Shown here: piece by piece, positions 46,737 to 56,625 of the stretch
How the letters are laid out: every line of letters begins with the position of its first letter
Position numbering within the stretch: the first letter of the stretch is position 1
Sequence record: SRR2962707_1393
DNA: 64,000 bases
Strand: one strand, 5' to 3'
Notes under the pieces: generated by a model
What the model was told of the DNA's origin: nothing
Databases searched by the model: none
The model's input: the letters and a program-made list of their open reading frames with translations, nothing else
Translations under genes and position numbers: made by a program

Positions 46737-48914
46737 ATGAACGATCCGCAGAAAAACGCTGATATAAAGCCAAAGAAGAAGGTCAAAAAGGCCTCTTTCT
46801 TTTTGGAAATTGATGCTTGGCTGGATTCCACCCTCTATGAGGCAAAATTTGCCGCCTCTGAATTTTGGGAAGATATCTCAATTTTCTTTCGCCGCTTTAA
46901 CCCAACGGGCTTTAAGCGGGTTTTCTTTGAACTAGCGAGCGAAGCTTTTACGCTCGGCCTAGGCGGCTTGATTTTACTGTTAGCGCTGGCGATCCCCGCT
47001 TCTAAAGAAGTGAAAGGAAATTGGCTTCAGCGCGACAGTTTTGCCGTTACATTCCTTGATCGATACGGCACAGAAATTGGTCGTCGAGGTATTCTGCACC
47101 TTGAAGCCGTTCCGGTTGCTGAACTGCCTGACAATCTTGTCAAAGCGGTTCTTGCGACTGAAGACCGGCGCTTTTATGATCATTACGGCATTGATCTAAT
47201 GGGCCTTGCCCGCGCGATGTCTGAAAACGTGCGCGCCAATTCAGTGGTTCAAGGCGGCTCAACGCTTTCTCAGCAGCTTGCAAAAAATCTGTTTCTTTCC
47301 AATGAGCGTACGCTTCAACGCAAGATCAAAGAAGTTTTTCTTGCGCTGTGGTTAGAGGCCAATCTTTCCAAAGATGAAATTCTAAGTCTCTATCTCGACC
47401 GCGCCTATATGGGCGGCGGTAGTTTCGGCGTTGCAGCCGCATCAGAATATTATTTTGATAAAGACATACGCAATGTCAGCCTCTCGGAAGCAGCAATGCT
47501 GGCGGGCTTATTTAAAGCGCCTGCCAAATATGCACCAAGCAGAAACTTGCCCGCAGCGCGTGCCCGCGCCAATGAAGTGCTCACCAATATGGTTCAGGCT
47601 GGGTTTTTAACTGAAGGACAGGTGACCGGTGCGCGGCGATATCCAGCCGATGTTGTGCTTCGCGACGATGTTGATAGTCCCGACTATTTTCTCGACTGGG
47701 CATTTGGTGAAGTCAAAGACTTCATCTTGAAAAATAAGATTCAAACCCACTCTGTGACCGTGCGTACGACAGTTGATTTGGGTCTGCAGAAATCCACGGA
47801 AGAATCCATTGAGTTCTTTCTTCGCCAACAAGGCAAAGCTTTCAATGTTAAAGAATCAGCAGCTGTCTTAATTGAAAATAACGGCGCCGTTCGCGCTATT
47901 GTTGGTGGGCGAGACTATGGCCTTAGCCAGTTCAATCGCGCGACGAGTGCGCTGCGCCAGCCCGGTTCATCGTTCAAGCCTTATATTTACGCTGCAGCGA
48001 TGGAAACTGATTTGACGCCTGACAGTATTATCGTGGATGCACCCATCACTTGGCGTGGCTGGTCGCCGCAAAACTATAATAGACGTTTTTCTGGCAGAGT
48101 GACGGTTAGAAGCGCTTTAGCGCGTTCGATTAACAGCGTGCCTGTGCGCTTAGCGCGTGACTATATTGGCGGCATGCAGCCTATCGTTGATCTTGCACAT
48201 GCAATGGGTGTTGAAGCTGATATACAGCCGCACCATACGGCAGTCTTGGGGACACAGGGCATGACCGTGATGGATCAGGCGACGGGTTTTCTAACCTTTG
48301 CTACGGGCGGCATTGCGGGCAAACGCCATGGATTTACACAAATCGTCACATCAAGCGGTCAGGTCCTATATGACAGACGTGACAACCCAAATGCCAATGA
48401 AGTCCGCGTTCTATCGGAAAAAGCAGATCATGAAATGAATGATATGTTAGTGACCGTAACGGAAAGTGGCACAGGCCGCCGCGCCGCTTTGGGTGACATT
48501 AAGGTTGCTGGCAAAACCGGCACAACCCAGTCATACCGCGATGCGTGGTTTGTCGGTTATACTGGCAATTTTACCGCTGCTGTTTGGTACGGCAATGATG
48601 ATTACTCAATAACCAATACGCTCACAGGCGGTCGCCTTCCGGCAGAAACCTTCCAGCGTATTATGACCTATGCGCATAATGGTGTGGATTTGCGTCCAAT
48701 TCCAGGTATTGAAAATTCAATACCTAAAACAGATGAAAACGCTGATTTGGTTGCGGATGGCACAGATAACCAAGATGGCGACAACAATTCGAGCATTAGA
48801 CCGCGCACCCTTTCTCGGGCATCCGCCGACTTTCTACGTGCCTTAAAGCAGGCGATTATTGACGCGCCAAATTTGAACACAGATCAGCAACAAATTTCGA
48901 GCATAGGTAACTAA
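46737..48914 (+). CDS. Class A penicillin-binding protein (PBP1A family)
   Basis: GT51 motifs EDRRFYDHYG, QGGSTLSQQ, RKIKE; transpeptidase motifs SSFK, SIN, KTG. Confidence 0.92.
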   Translation: MNDPQKNADIKPKKKVKKASFFLEIDAWLDSTLYEAKFAASEFWEDISIFFRRFNPTGFKRVFFELASEAFTLGLGGLILLLALAIPASKEVKGNWLQRDSFAVTFLDRYGTEIGRRGILHLEAVPVAELPDNLVKAVLATEDRRFYDHYGIDLMGLARAMSENVRANSVVQGGSTLSQQLAKNLFLSNERTLQRKIKEVFLALWLEANLSKDEILSLYLDRAYMGGGSFGVAAASEYYFDKDIRNVSLSEAAMLAGLFKAPAKYAPSRNLPAARARANEVLTNMVQAGFLTEGQVTGARRYPADVVLRDDVDSPDYFLDWAFGEVKDFILKNKIQTHSVTVRTTVDLGLQKSTEESIEFFLRQQGKAFNVKESAAVLIENNGAVRAIVGGRDYGLSQFNRATSALRQPGSSFKPYIYAAAMETDLTPDSIIVDAPITWRGWSPQNYNRRFSGRVTVRSALARSINSVPVRLARDYIGGMQPIVDLAHAMGVEADIQPHHTAVLGTQGMTVMDQATGFLTFATGGIAGKRHGFTQIVTSSGQVLYDRRDNPNANEVRVLSEKADHEMNDMLVTVTESGTGRRAALGDIKVAGKTGTTQSYRDAWFVGYTGNFTAAVWYGNDDYSITNTLTGGRLPAETFQRIMTYAHNGVDLRPIPGIENSIPKTDENADLVADGTDNQDGDNNSSIRPRTLSRASADFLRALKQAIIDAPNLNTDQQQISSIGN

Positions 48915-48920
48915 CTTCCA

Positions 48921-49508
48921 ATGTTTCGAAATGTTCTTCCTGTTCTTTTTGCGATGATCATTGCCCTTTTCGGCGGGATTTATAGTGCCGAGTACGTTAC
49001 AGCTAGATTTGAAGGCTTTGACCAAATTCGATATGGGGTTTGGAAAGCACACCCAAAACTTGGAACACCTGAAACGGATGCCTATTCAGCGGCTCGTGTT
49101 GCGCGCACCGGTAAAATTCCACTCGGTAGCGCCGAGGGCTTAAGTTTTATCGCTGGATCTGATTCCAGTGGCAAAACCTTGTCGGCCAATTGCGATTACG
49201 TCTTAGAAGGTCAAACGCCTGCAGCACGCTACTGGACGCTCGAGATTACTGATGAAGATTTACGACCCCTTCCCGCTTTGCCAGCAGCGGCAAGCACAAT
49301 CCATTCAGGTGATGTGCTGCGTTTTTCAGACGGCAGTTTTGAGATAAATATTGCCAACACGCCTATGCCAGGCAATTGGCTCATGGCAGATGGCAATGGG
49401 CCCATTTTTCTAATTCTCAATCTTTATGATACCGGCATTGCAACAAGTACCGGCGCTATGAGCATCTCTATGCCAACCATTGAGCGAAAAGGATGCGCTA
49501 ATGGCTAG
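48921..49508 (+). CDS. DUF1214-like protein
   Basis: PLGSAEGL..DSSG..L..CDY..PAARYWTL..PGNWL..LNLYDT. Confidence 0.7.
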   Translation: MFRNVLPVLFAMIIALFGGIYSAEYVTARFEGFDQIRYGVWKAHPKLGTPETDAYSAARVARTGKIPLGSAEGLSFIAGSDSSGKTLSANCDYVLEGQTPAARYWTLEITDEDLRPLPALPAAASTIHSGDVLRFSDGSFEINIANTPMPGNWLMADGNGPIFLILNLYDTGIATSTGAMSISMPTIERKGCANG

Positions 49509-50049
49509 GTATTTTTACGCTGCATTGTTGGGTTTGGTTGGCGCTGCAATCTTGCATCTCACCATTATATTTATGCTTCCAAGCACGTCCGAAAACACGG
49601 GCTGGATATACGTTGAAAATAACGCCGCACTTCTTGAGCCTATGGAAATCTCAAACCAGATGGCAAGAGGAAACCAAAACTTCCTTCTCGATCCGTATTT
49701 TCGGCAATATATCTGTCAGTTTAACTTAAAAGACGGTGCTGTTCGTGTAACAGCCGATGCCAAAGAGCTGTTTTGGTCACTGGCGGTGTTTGATAATACC
49801 GGCAATCTATATTACAGCGCGAATGACCGAATTTCGGGAACGCCCACCCTCGATATCACCGTTGTGAACAGAGGCCAATTGCGGTTTGTGAGGCAAAACA
49901 CACCTGATGAGCTTTCAGCGAGCCTCATTGCTTCGGCTGACAACGATCAGGGATTTGCAATAATAAGATTTTTCGTTCCCGACGATAGCTGGAACAATAT
50001 TGTAGAAGACGCGGCCAAAAGCATTGATTGCCAGCAGCTAGAATTCTGA
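49501..50049 (+). CDS. DUF1254-like protein
   Basis: N-terminal TM with LHL..P, DPYF..CQFNL..FWSLAVFD; paired with the DUF1214-like gene. Confidence 0.65.
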   Translation: MARYFYAALLGLVGAAILHLTIIFMLPSTSENTGWIYVENNAALLEPMEISNQMARGNQNFLLDPYFRQYICQFNLKDGAVRVTADAKELFWSLAVFDNTGNLYYSANDRISGTPTLDITVVNRGQLRFVRQNTPDELSASLIASADNDQGFAIIRFFVPDDSWNNIVEDAAKSIDCQQLEF

Positions 50050-50070
50050 TTCAACAATTAATAAGCGGCG

Positions 50071-50271
50071 TTAATGCGGCAGCAGCTTATTGCGATCATA
50101 TCCAACGGCGCGTGGTTTTGAGCGGATAGGATCATCGTCCTGCGACACATCAAATCGTTCATATCTCACGCCGGTAAATAGTAATATTTCCGCATTGCCG
50201 CTATCTAATCCAGTTCTAGCAGCTATTTTTCTGCGGTACTCAAAATTACCCAAGACAACCACTTCACCCAT
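50071..50271 (-). CDS. Small hypothetical protein (66 aa)
   Basis: RBS GAGGAGG; motif AEILLFTGVRYER resembles small proteins at this position in Rhizobiales. Confidence 0.6.
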   Translation of the reverse strand: MGEVVVLGNFEYRRKIAARTGLDSGNAEILLFTGVRYERFDVSQDDDPIRSKPRAVGYDRNKLLPH

Positions 50272-50293
50272 TGGAGCCTCCTCGGTTGCAGAC

Positions 50294-50334
50294 TTAACGT
50301 AAAGTAAACACGGGATAGTTAACGCAATCCTAAC
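50294..50334. promoter_or_regulatory. Two tandem CtrA-like boxes
   Basis: TTAA-N7-TAAAC (50294-50309) and TTAA-N7-CTAAC (50319-50334), each one mismatch from TTAA-N7-TTAAC. Confidence 0.55.
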
Positions 50335-50385
50335 GCTTTTCGATTATTCCAGTTTTGAAACAGCGTTCGGTGGGTATAGGCGGTT

Positions 50386-51234
50386 ATGCGTAAAATAGTG
50401 GGGCATCTTGTTGCGTTAATCGCTGACTTTTGTGCACTGCCGCGTCCGAGCAAGAGCCACAAGGCCAAAATCGAATCTCTTATTTTAGCCCATGCTGACA
50501 TTGCGAGCGTAGACGAGCTAAAGCTGATTAGCTCATCCCTATCCCAATCTATCAATGCGCCGCGTTCTTTGATCATCAAATTATGCGAACTCGATTATGA
50601 TATTTGTCGGCCGCTTCTCGTTTCAACACCAGCGTTATCCGATGATGAATTCATCAAAATAATAGAAAATGCTTCGGGCATTGAACATTGCCAGCTTATT
50701 GCGAGAAACCCGTATATTGGCATAAAGACCCTCACCTATTTGCATGGACTTAATGATCGTAAAATCAATCGAACGCTTAGTCTGCGTCACGGCACGATGT
50801 TTAATGATGTTATTGAGCCGGACGTTGAAAAACCAAAAGCGAAGCCTGTGAGTACAGCGAAGGCTGAAGAAAGTTTGCTAGATGCAAATATCGGCGTTGT
50901 TCAAACCGCCCTTGCCGATTCACTCGGCCTAAGTATGGCAAGCGCACGCGCTATCTGCAGCGATCTTAAATCGCGCAACCTGCCCTGCGCCCTGCGCTTT
51001 TTGCAATTTTCAGAAGATAAAGCCTGGGAAATATATAGATCAATTGCCAATGGCTTTGCTGATCAATCGGGCGTAGAGGCCGCATTTCGTGTCACCTATG
51101 CCGCGCTGACACCGGCAGAAACAAAGAAAACCGTCAGCGCTTGGCAATTGGATGAATTGGTTGTGGAAGTGAAATTTAACCGCGCGGATAATGACTTTAC
51201 TGTGGCCAATTCAAACAAGAAAAAGCAAGCTTAG
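50386..51234 (+). CDS. DUF2336-like protein
   Basis: FCALPRPSK, APRSLI, ICRPLL..PALSD..IARNP helical-repeat pattern. Confidence 0.6.
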   Translation: MRKIVGHLVALIADFCALPRPSKSHKAKIESLILAHADIASVDELKLISSSLSQSINAPRSLIIKLCELDYDICRPLLVSTPALSDDEFIKIIENASGIEHCQLIARNPYIGIKTLTYLHGLNDRKINRTLSLRHGTMFNDVIEPDVEKPKAKPVSTAKAEESLLDANIGVVQTALADSLGLSMASARAICSDLKSRNLPCALRFLQFSEDKAWEIYRSIANGFADQSGVEAAFRVTYAALTPAETKKTVSAWQLDELVVEVKFNRADNDFTVANSNKKKQA

Positions 51235-51587
51235 ATAAGCGGAATAAAGTCCTCGAGTTGATCAACGCTTAGTCCTTCTAGCTCAATCACCCAGAAATCA
51301 GGATCAAATTTGGCCTCGCGCTCAAAACGATCGGAAACGTCTATGCTGGTTTGATCTTCCTCAAGCAGCGCGAAATATCGCCTGCCCGAATTGCTTTTTT
51401 CATCGGATAAAAATGACTGTGAGACCGGCTCGTAAACGTCATAGGTTCGGCTATCTTCTTTGTAGAAGGTGACAAAAATCGCGCCTGATTCTTGCGCGCC
51501 GCGGCGTGTTACATAAGCGGAACCACCAAGGCCTTGTGTCGCCTTGATGATCGCCGATGCCAGAATTCCCGATGCAATGCGCGCCAT
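51231..51587 (-). CDS. DUF1491-like protein
   Basis: RRGAQESGAIFV..REAKFDPDFWVIELE. Confidence 0.75.
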   Translation of the reverse strand: MARIASGILASAIIKATQGLGGSAYVTRRGAQESGAIFVTFYKEDSRTYDVYEPVSQSFLSDEKSNSGRRYFALLEEDQTSIDVSDRFEREAKFDPDFWVIELEGLSVDQLEDFIPLI

Positions 51588-52531
51588 CAGCGGTCGATTA
51601 AACCCACAGCTGCCATTTTGCTGATCAAAGCATCGTCAACTTTGCCGGTTGTAGGCAGGTCAAACAACGATTGAAACTCTTGAATTGCAGCCACTGTCAT
51701 TGGTCCCATAACACCATCAACACCGATGCCATTATTGCCGAATGCGCGCAGGCCCGCTTGCACTTTTGAAACCAAATTTACATCAGGACCATCAACCTTT
51801 GCAGGCGTGACAACATCCAGACCGCGCTGCGGCGGGCTATAAGGAGTTGTCTTAACGGCAGCAGTCTGTTGTGTTTCTTCAGGGTATTTGACGGGCACCG
51901 CAGCTTGTTGCGGCTCCGGCCTAACCTTTGGTATTGCTGCTGTGACAATCAAATTGTTCTGAGCGCTAAGCGCGAGTTCGGCATATGTTAAATCGATACC
52001 GCGCAAACCAACATTGGCCTTATATTTTTCAATCGCTGCACGGGTTTTTGGCCCATCAAGCCCATCAACGGTGCCATCATAAAAGCCAAGCTCTACCAAC
52101 GATTTTTGCAGATCGCGAAGATCGGAACTGAGCGGCGATGGTTCTTCGATGATAGCCTGAATGTCGTCACTAGTCGGACGCTGAGCAACTTGAGGTAATT
52201 GGCTAACACCATTGTTGGCGGCACCGTTTTTATCGAACACAATACGCGTTACTTGTTTTTCTGGCGCTGCATTTTGCGAATCGAGCATGCTTGATTCATC
52301 GCTTCGAAGCGTGTTTTGCTCAGCATTTGCACGTGTATTAAAAAGTGCTGCCGGATGTGCACCTTGCTGGAAAAACAGCGCATTTGAATAGACAAAACCA
52401 ATTGTCACAATCGCGCCGACTGCCCATGCGACATGCGATGGCTTCTGCATTTTTTCAGTAATAGGAGCCAACAAAGTCCCTATAAAGCTCGGGTATTCTT
52501 CATCAAATTGATCATCCAATCTTGCGTTCAT
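51587..52531 (-). CDS. Membrane-anchored protein with two peptidoglycan-binding domains
   Basis: TM + NALFFQQGAHP; LQKSLVELGFYDGTVDGLDGPKTRAAI and VQAGL..VDGVMGPMTVAAIQEFQ repeats. Confidence 0.8.
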   Translation of the reverse strand: MNARLDDQFDEEYPSFIGTLLAPITEKMQKPSHVAWAVGAIVTIGFVYSNALFFQQGAHPAALFNTRANAEQNTLRSDESSMLDSQNAAPEKQVTRIVFDKNGAANNGVSQLPQVAQRPTSDDIQAIIEEPSPLSSDLRDLQKSLVELGFYDGTVDGLDGPKTRAAIEKYKANVGLRGIDLTYAELALSAQNNLIVTAAIPKVRPEPQQAAVPVKYPEETQQTAAVKTTPYSPPQRGLDVVTPAKVDGPDVNLVSKVQAGLRAFGNNGIGVDGVMGPMTVAAIQEFQSLFDLPTTGKVDDALISKMAAVGLIDR

Positions 52532-54158
52532 TTTTGGTGACCTCCTTGTTCTCTTTGTCTGCTGATTTTGCGAGCGATTTGGTCATAAGTTCTGTTAAAT
52601 TGATGACGCTCGCACCTTTATGGTCGATAGAATCCGTTGATGGCTGCACTGCTGGCATCTTAATAATCACACGCGTTCCAACGTTGAGTTTGCTGTGAAT
52701 TTCGCAGCTGCCGCCATGAAGCGATGTTAGACCTTTTACCAATGCGAGGCCGAGCCCAGTGCCCTCATTACTTCGTGTCGTTGAATTATTGATTTGAGCA
52801 AATGGTTTGCCGATTTCTTTAAGGTCATCTTCGCTGATGCCGATGCCCGTATCAGAAACTTCGATTGTGATTTCATGCTCGTTTTGAGCTGCATCAACCG
52901 TGATGAAGCCGCCATTGCCTGTATATTTGATCGCGTTTGATAATAGGTTGAACAAAATCTGTTTCACCGCACGACGGTCAGCATTGATAGTGCCAAGCTG
53001 AGGCGTAAAACGCTCATTAATTTGAATATTCTTCTGCGCTGCCGTTTCGCCAAGCAAGGCAACACAATCATGGACCGTGCCATGAAAATCAAAGTTTTCG
53101 CGGTGGATTGAATAGGAGCCAGACTCAATCTTAGAAACGTCCAAAATCGTATTCACAAGCGCGAGCAAATGGCTGCCTGCGCCATGTATCAGAGTGGCAT
53201 ATTCATCGCGCGTAGCCTCTGGCAATTCACGCGCATTGTCATGGCGCAGAATATCAGAAAACCCGATAATTGCGTTAAGCGGCGTGCGCAACTCATGGCT
53301 AACAACGGCCAAGAAGCTGTTTGCATTGTCGACGGTCGATGGTGCCTCGAGCACCTGCTCTGCCGTTTCAATTTCGACGCCGTCAGACAGAGAAATTGTG
53401 ATCTGCCCGCCATGTGCACTCAAATTAAGCGCGGTGGGCGTAAATTTTGCTGCGCTGCCCAAAGGAGCGACATTCAGCAAAACCTTGAGATTTTCTTGAC
53501 TGCTCTCATTGGCCATTAACTGTGAAACAGCCCGCATGAAAGAAACACGGTCATGAACGTGAAGAAGCTCAATGAACCGCTGGCCTGAGTGAAGCTGTGT
53601 GCCAAGCGCCATACAGTCAAAAAGCAGTTCGCCTTTTTTGTTCAGTTCGATGTCGCTTGTGCACATCGGCACTTTTTCTTGTTCGATAACGCTTTCACTC
53701 TGCGTGCTAAGCGGCTCTGATATTGATGCGGCTGCGGCACCGAAAAGCGACGCAATCGGCAACACCGTCGCAGCAATGCCTAGAAATGGATTTTGTGCTG
53801 CGATAAAGCCACCGCATGCGATCCATGCGGCTAGATTAGCGCCGTAGTAAGCCAATGGCGTCTTTGCCTGCATGATAGCGGCGAGACCGGCCAATGAAGT
53901 TAGTGACACCAGCGCTGTGCTTCCAACGAGTGATGCGCTTGCGTAGCCGCTTAAGGCCAAGCCAATAGACGTTGCGGCAGATAATAGTCCAAGAGGCAAA
54001 GTTGCCTCGATCAAACTTGATCGTTTCACGGCGTAGCTTTTGCCCGCTAGGTCAAAACCAAGCACAGCATTGCCATAACGCTGATCGACAAAACGATGAA
54101 ACGCAGAACGTGTGGCTAAAACTGGCTTAATTACATTTTTCAACGCGTAAATACTCAA
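52512..54158 (-). CDS. divJ: DivJ-like sensor histidine kinase
   Basis: N-terminal TM bundle; FLAVVSHELRTPLNAIIGFSD, ADRRAVKQIL, EGTGLGL; neighbourhood of sufE and mucR as in Rhizobiales; TTG start uncertain. Confidence 0.72.
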   Translation of the reverse strand: MSIYALKNVIKPVLATRSAFHRFVDQRYGNAVLGFDLAGKSYAVKRSSLIEATLPLGLLSAATSIGLALSGYASASLVGSTALVSLTSLAGLAAIMQAKTPLAYYGANLAAWIACGGFIAAQNPFLGIAATVLPIASLFGAAAASISEPLSTQSESVIEQEKVPMCTSDIELNKKGELLFDCMALGTQLHSGQRFIELLHVHDRVSFMRAVSQLMANESSQENLKVLLNVAPLGSAAKFTPTALNLSAHGGQITISLSDGVEIETAEQVLEAPSTVDNANSFLAVVSHELRTPLNAIIGFSDILRHDNARELPEATRDEYATLIHGAGSHLLALVNTILDVSKIESGSYSIHRENFDFHGTVHDCVALLGETAAQKNIQINERFTPQLGTINADRRAVKQILFNLLSNAIKYTGNGGFITVDAAQNEHEITIEVSDTGIGISEDDLKEIGKPFAQINNSTTRSNEGTGLGLALVKGLTSLHGGSCEIHSKLNVGTRVIIKMPAVQPSTDSIDHKGASVINLTELMTKSLAKSADKENKEVTKNERKIG

Positions 54159-54204
54159 GACTCAAAATCCGCAGTTTGGATGTCCGCAATTTGCGCCCCA
54201 GCGT

Positions 54205-54301
54205 TTAACGAATGAATAAAGAACCGAATTTTGTCGGGGTAATTTCTAGAAAATGCACCAAATTGGAGCGTCTTCTACGGTTATGGTCAATGAAAGGTTA
54301 A
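54205..54301. promoter_or_regulatory. CtrA-like boxes upstream of divJ
   Basis: TTAA-N7-ATAA at 54205-54219 and TCAA-N7-TTAA at 54287-54301. Confidence 0.45.
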
Positions 54302-54449
54302 GTATGCCAAATCCTTTGAATCTATAGATTTTTAGTCGATAGATAAAATTTGATATAAATTTGCGCTAAATCCGATTTTAATTGTCGAATGTTCTTTCAT
54401 CCGCTTGTGCGAAGAAGGCTCAAGGGAAATTGGCCGCAGAGCCAGAGAG

Positions 54450-54809
54450 ATGAAAATGCGTTTTGTTTTTAGATTGATGTTTTGGGGCTTTATTGCTCTC
54501 ATGATCGTACCAAGCTTTGCACCGAGCGCGCAAACTGATGCGCCTAAAGCAATTCTGGTATCTGATAATCAAAGCACAAGCGATAATGGCATAGATGCCA
54601 CTGATGCGGTTCAACTCGCTGCAGGTATTGCAAATGACATGCGCGGCATGTGCGCCCGCGATCCAGAACTCTGTAATATTGGCCAGCAGGTTCTTTTGAG
54701 CGCGCTAGAACGTGCGCGTCAGGGCGCAATTGTTGTAGCAACAATGATCGAAGATTACCGCGCAAAAAAATCAGACGTTGAGCAAATCACAACGGGCAGC
54801 GTCAACTAA
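54450..54809 (+). CDS. DUF5330-like protein
   Basis: MRFVFRLMFW N-terminal hydrophobic segment, DMRGMCARDPELC cysteine pair; upstream of sufE. Confidence 0.68.
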   Translation: MKMRFVFRLMFWGFIALMIVPSFAPSAQTDAPKAILVSDNQSTSDNGIDATDAVQLAAGIANDMRGMCARDPELCNIGQQVLLSALERARQGAIVVATMIEDYRAKKSDVEQITTGSVN

Positions 54810-54917
54810 CCTTAAGACGCTGCGCCTTTCGCCAGCACAGCCCTTGCCCCTAAGCGGCAGGGCCTTTACATAGTCTTTAGCGCAGCATCCGCTTAAATTC
54901 ATTTCCCGCGAGAGACT

Positions 54918-55328
54918 ATGTCCACCGAAATCGACACCATTATTGAAAATTTTGAATTCCTCGACGAATGGGAAGATAAATATCGTTACGTTATAGAATT
55001 GGGTAAAGCCCTGCCCGATCTAGACGAAGCAAAGCGTACTGCTGACAACAAGGTGAATGGCTGCGTGAGCCAAGTATGGCTTGTCACATCTGTACAAGAT
55101 GACAGCACTGTGCATTTTGACGGTGATTCAGATGCGCATATTGTCCGCGGTCTGGTGGCGATTATGCTCGCGGCGATGTCTGACCGGCCTGCCAAAGAGA
55201 TTGTCGACTTCGATGCAGAAGGCCTGTTAAAGCAACTTGGTCTCGACAGTAACCTAACGCCGCAGCGGTCAAATGGCTTGCGAGCGATGGTTGACCGCAT
55301 GAAGTCAGACGCTGCTGCAGCTGCTTAA
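54918..55328 (+). CDS. sufE: SufE family sulfur-acceptor protein
   Basis: WEDKYRYVIELG, GCVSQVW, DSDAHIVRGL, LTPQRSNGL. Confidence 0.92.
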   Translation: MSTEIDTIIENFEFLDEWEDKYRYVIELGKALPDLDEAKRTADNKVNGCVSQVWLVTSVQDDSTVHFDGDSDAHIVRGLVAIMLAAMSDRPAKEIVDFDAEGLLKQLGLDSNLTPQRSNGLRAMVDRMKSDAAAAA

Positions 55329-55346
55329 GGTGACCTTATAACACTA

Positions 55347-56144
55347 TTAGATTTCAGGCCGATAATTCTGACCACCCCAATGTCTTACATTTTGGCGGTT
55401 TGCTTGCCGTGGCGGTGAATAATGGCGAGCCAAGACAGCGAGCGCTGTTTTGAGCAATAATTTTGCTGATCGGCGCGGCCATCGGCGCTCAAATTCAATT
55501 TGTTCAAGTCCTTTAAGGTAGCAGCAAACGTCAATGAGTAACCCCGCCATTTCTGGCCCCACCGCTTCCAAAGCCTGATTAAAGCGCTTCCGTGCAGCCA
55601 TCGCCCGTTCAGACAATGTTTCTGTTGGACGCCGCGCGCCTTTGCTTGCGCTCAATGTTGCAGTTGGATCCCATGATGCGGTCACTTTGGGGCCGATATT
55701 GGCATATTCAAAGTCTAATCTGAGACGTTCGCCGGCATCATACTCTGCGCCATCGAGCCAGCTTTTCGCGAGCCGAGCGAGCGGGGATTCATTGCGCGCA
55801 ACAGATACCTGCATTTGCTTGCCCTCGACGTCGATTGTCGCGGTTTCTGTCGCAAGGTGATGGGCATTTAAAGCGCTTTGTGCGCCGCGCGTTATATAAT
55901 TTTCTCCTTCATTGGTGACAGAGATAAATTGCTCACCCTTTTTTGTCGCCAGCCGAACGAGGCCCGATGACAGCCATTGGGCCATAATGGCGCGCGGGCA
56001 TTTTATCGTGCGCTCACCTGTTATTTTAATGAGCAATAACTCACAGTCTGCCATCTGCTCAACTGACCCATCTTTTGAGGCAATCAGTCTCAGCAAACGG
56101 CGAGAACGCGCGGCCTGTTTAACATCCATCGCTTTACCCATCAT
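55347..56144 (-). CDS. gafZ: DUF6456-type protein, GTA activator GafZ homologue (C-terminal part of GafA)
   Basis: ESPLARL..AGERLRLDF..VTASW..VCCYLKGLE..ERRWPRRSAKLLLKTAL..LARHY. Confidence 0.75.
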   Translation of the reverse strand: MMGKAMDVKQAARSRRLLRLIASKDGSVEQMADCELLLIKITGERTIKCPRAIMAQWLSSGLVRLATKKGEQFISVTNEGENYITRGAQSALNAHHLATETATIDVEGKQMQVSVARNESPLARLAKSWLDGAEYDAGERLRLDFEYANIGPKVTASWDPTATLSASKGARRPTETLSERAMAARKRFNQALEAVGPEMAGLLIDVCCYLKGLEQIEFERRWPRRSAKLLLKTALAVLARHYSPPRQANRQNVRHWGGQNYRPEI

Positions 56145-56611
56145 TTACCATGCCCAGTTTCATTTGTGCGGGTTCCGACACGAAAGGCAGCGCGAACGAT
56201 GCGTTCAACACGACTTATAATGAGGTCAAAGTCCTCATCATCACGCAAATCTTCAATCAGATGGCACGCATAAACTACGGTGCTCTTGTCACGGCCGAAA
56301 CCGCGCCCCACCATTGTCATATTGATGCAAAGGGTGACATTGGCGACATACATGCCGATCTGGCGGATGCGAGCAACGCCAAGATTGTTTCTGCGCGGCC
56401 CACGAAGGTCACGGCCACTCACATTGAACAACGCGCTCAAGATGTCGATCAGCCCATCACACATATCGATACAGGTTTCTTGATCGGCCGACTGCGGCTC
56501 CATATATCCATCGGGCAAGCCGGATAATGCGCTATTTATGTTCTCAAGGTCGCCAAAGCCTGGCATTTCAACATCATGTTTACGGACTTTTTCTTTTTTT
56601 CGTGCTGACAA
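56141..56611 (-). CDS. gafY: DnaA-C-terminal-like HTH protein, GTA activator GafY homologue
   Basis: RQIGMY..VGRGFGRDKSTVVYACHLIEDLRDD DnaA domain IV-like motif; TTG start after AAAGGAGAG; ATGA-coupled to gafZ. Confidence 0.72.
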   Translation of the reverse strand: MSARKKEKVRKHDVEMPGFGDLENINSALSGLPDGYMEPQSADQETCIDMCDGLIDILSALFNVSGRDLRGPRRNNLGVARIRQIGMYVANVTLCINMTMVGRGFGRDKSTVVYACHLIEDLRDDEDFDLIISRVERIVRAAFRVGTRTNETGHGK

Positions 56612-56625
56612 TTTATTCTCTCCTT

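Noticed and set aside
51587-52531. GTA endolysin
   Set aside because: Has PG-binding repeats and a TM segment but no recognisable catalytic domain; it is coupled to divJ, not to the GTA operon.
56141-56611. Chromosomal replication initiator dnaA or a nearby origin
   Set aside because: Only a domain-IV-like HTH in 156 aa, no AAA+ domain, and no DnaA-box cluster noticed; context indicates GafY.
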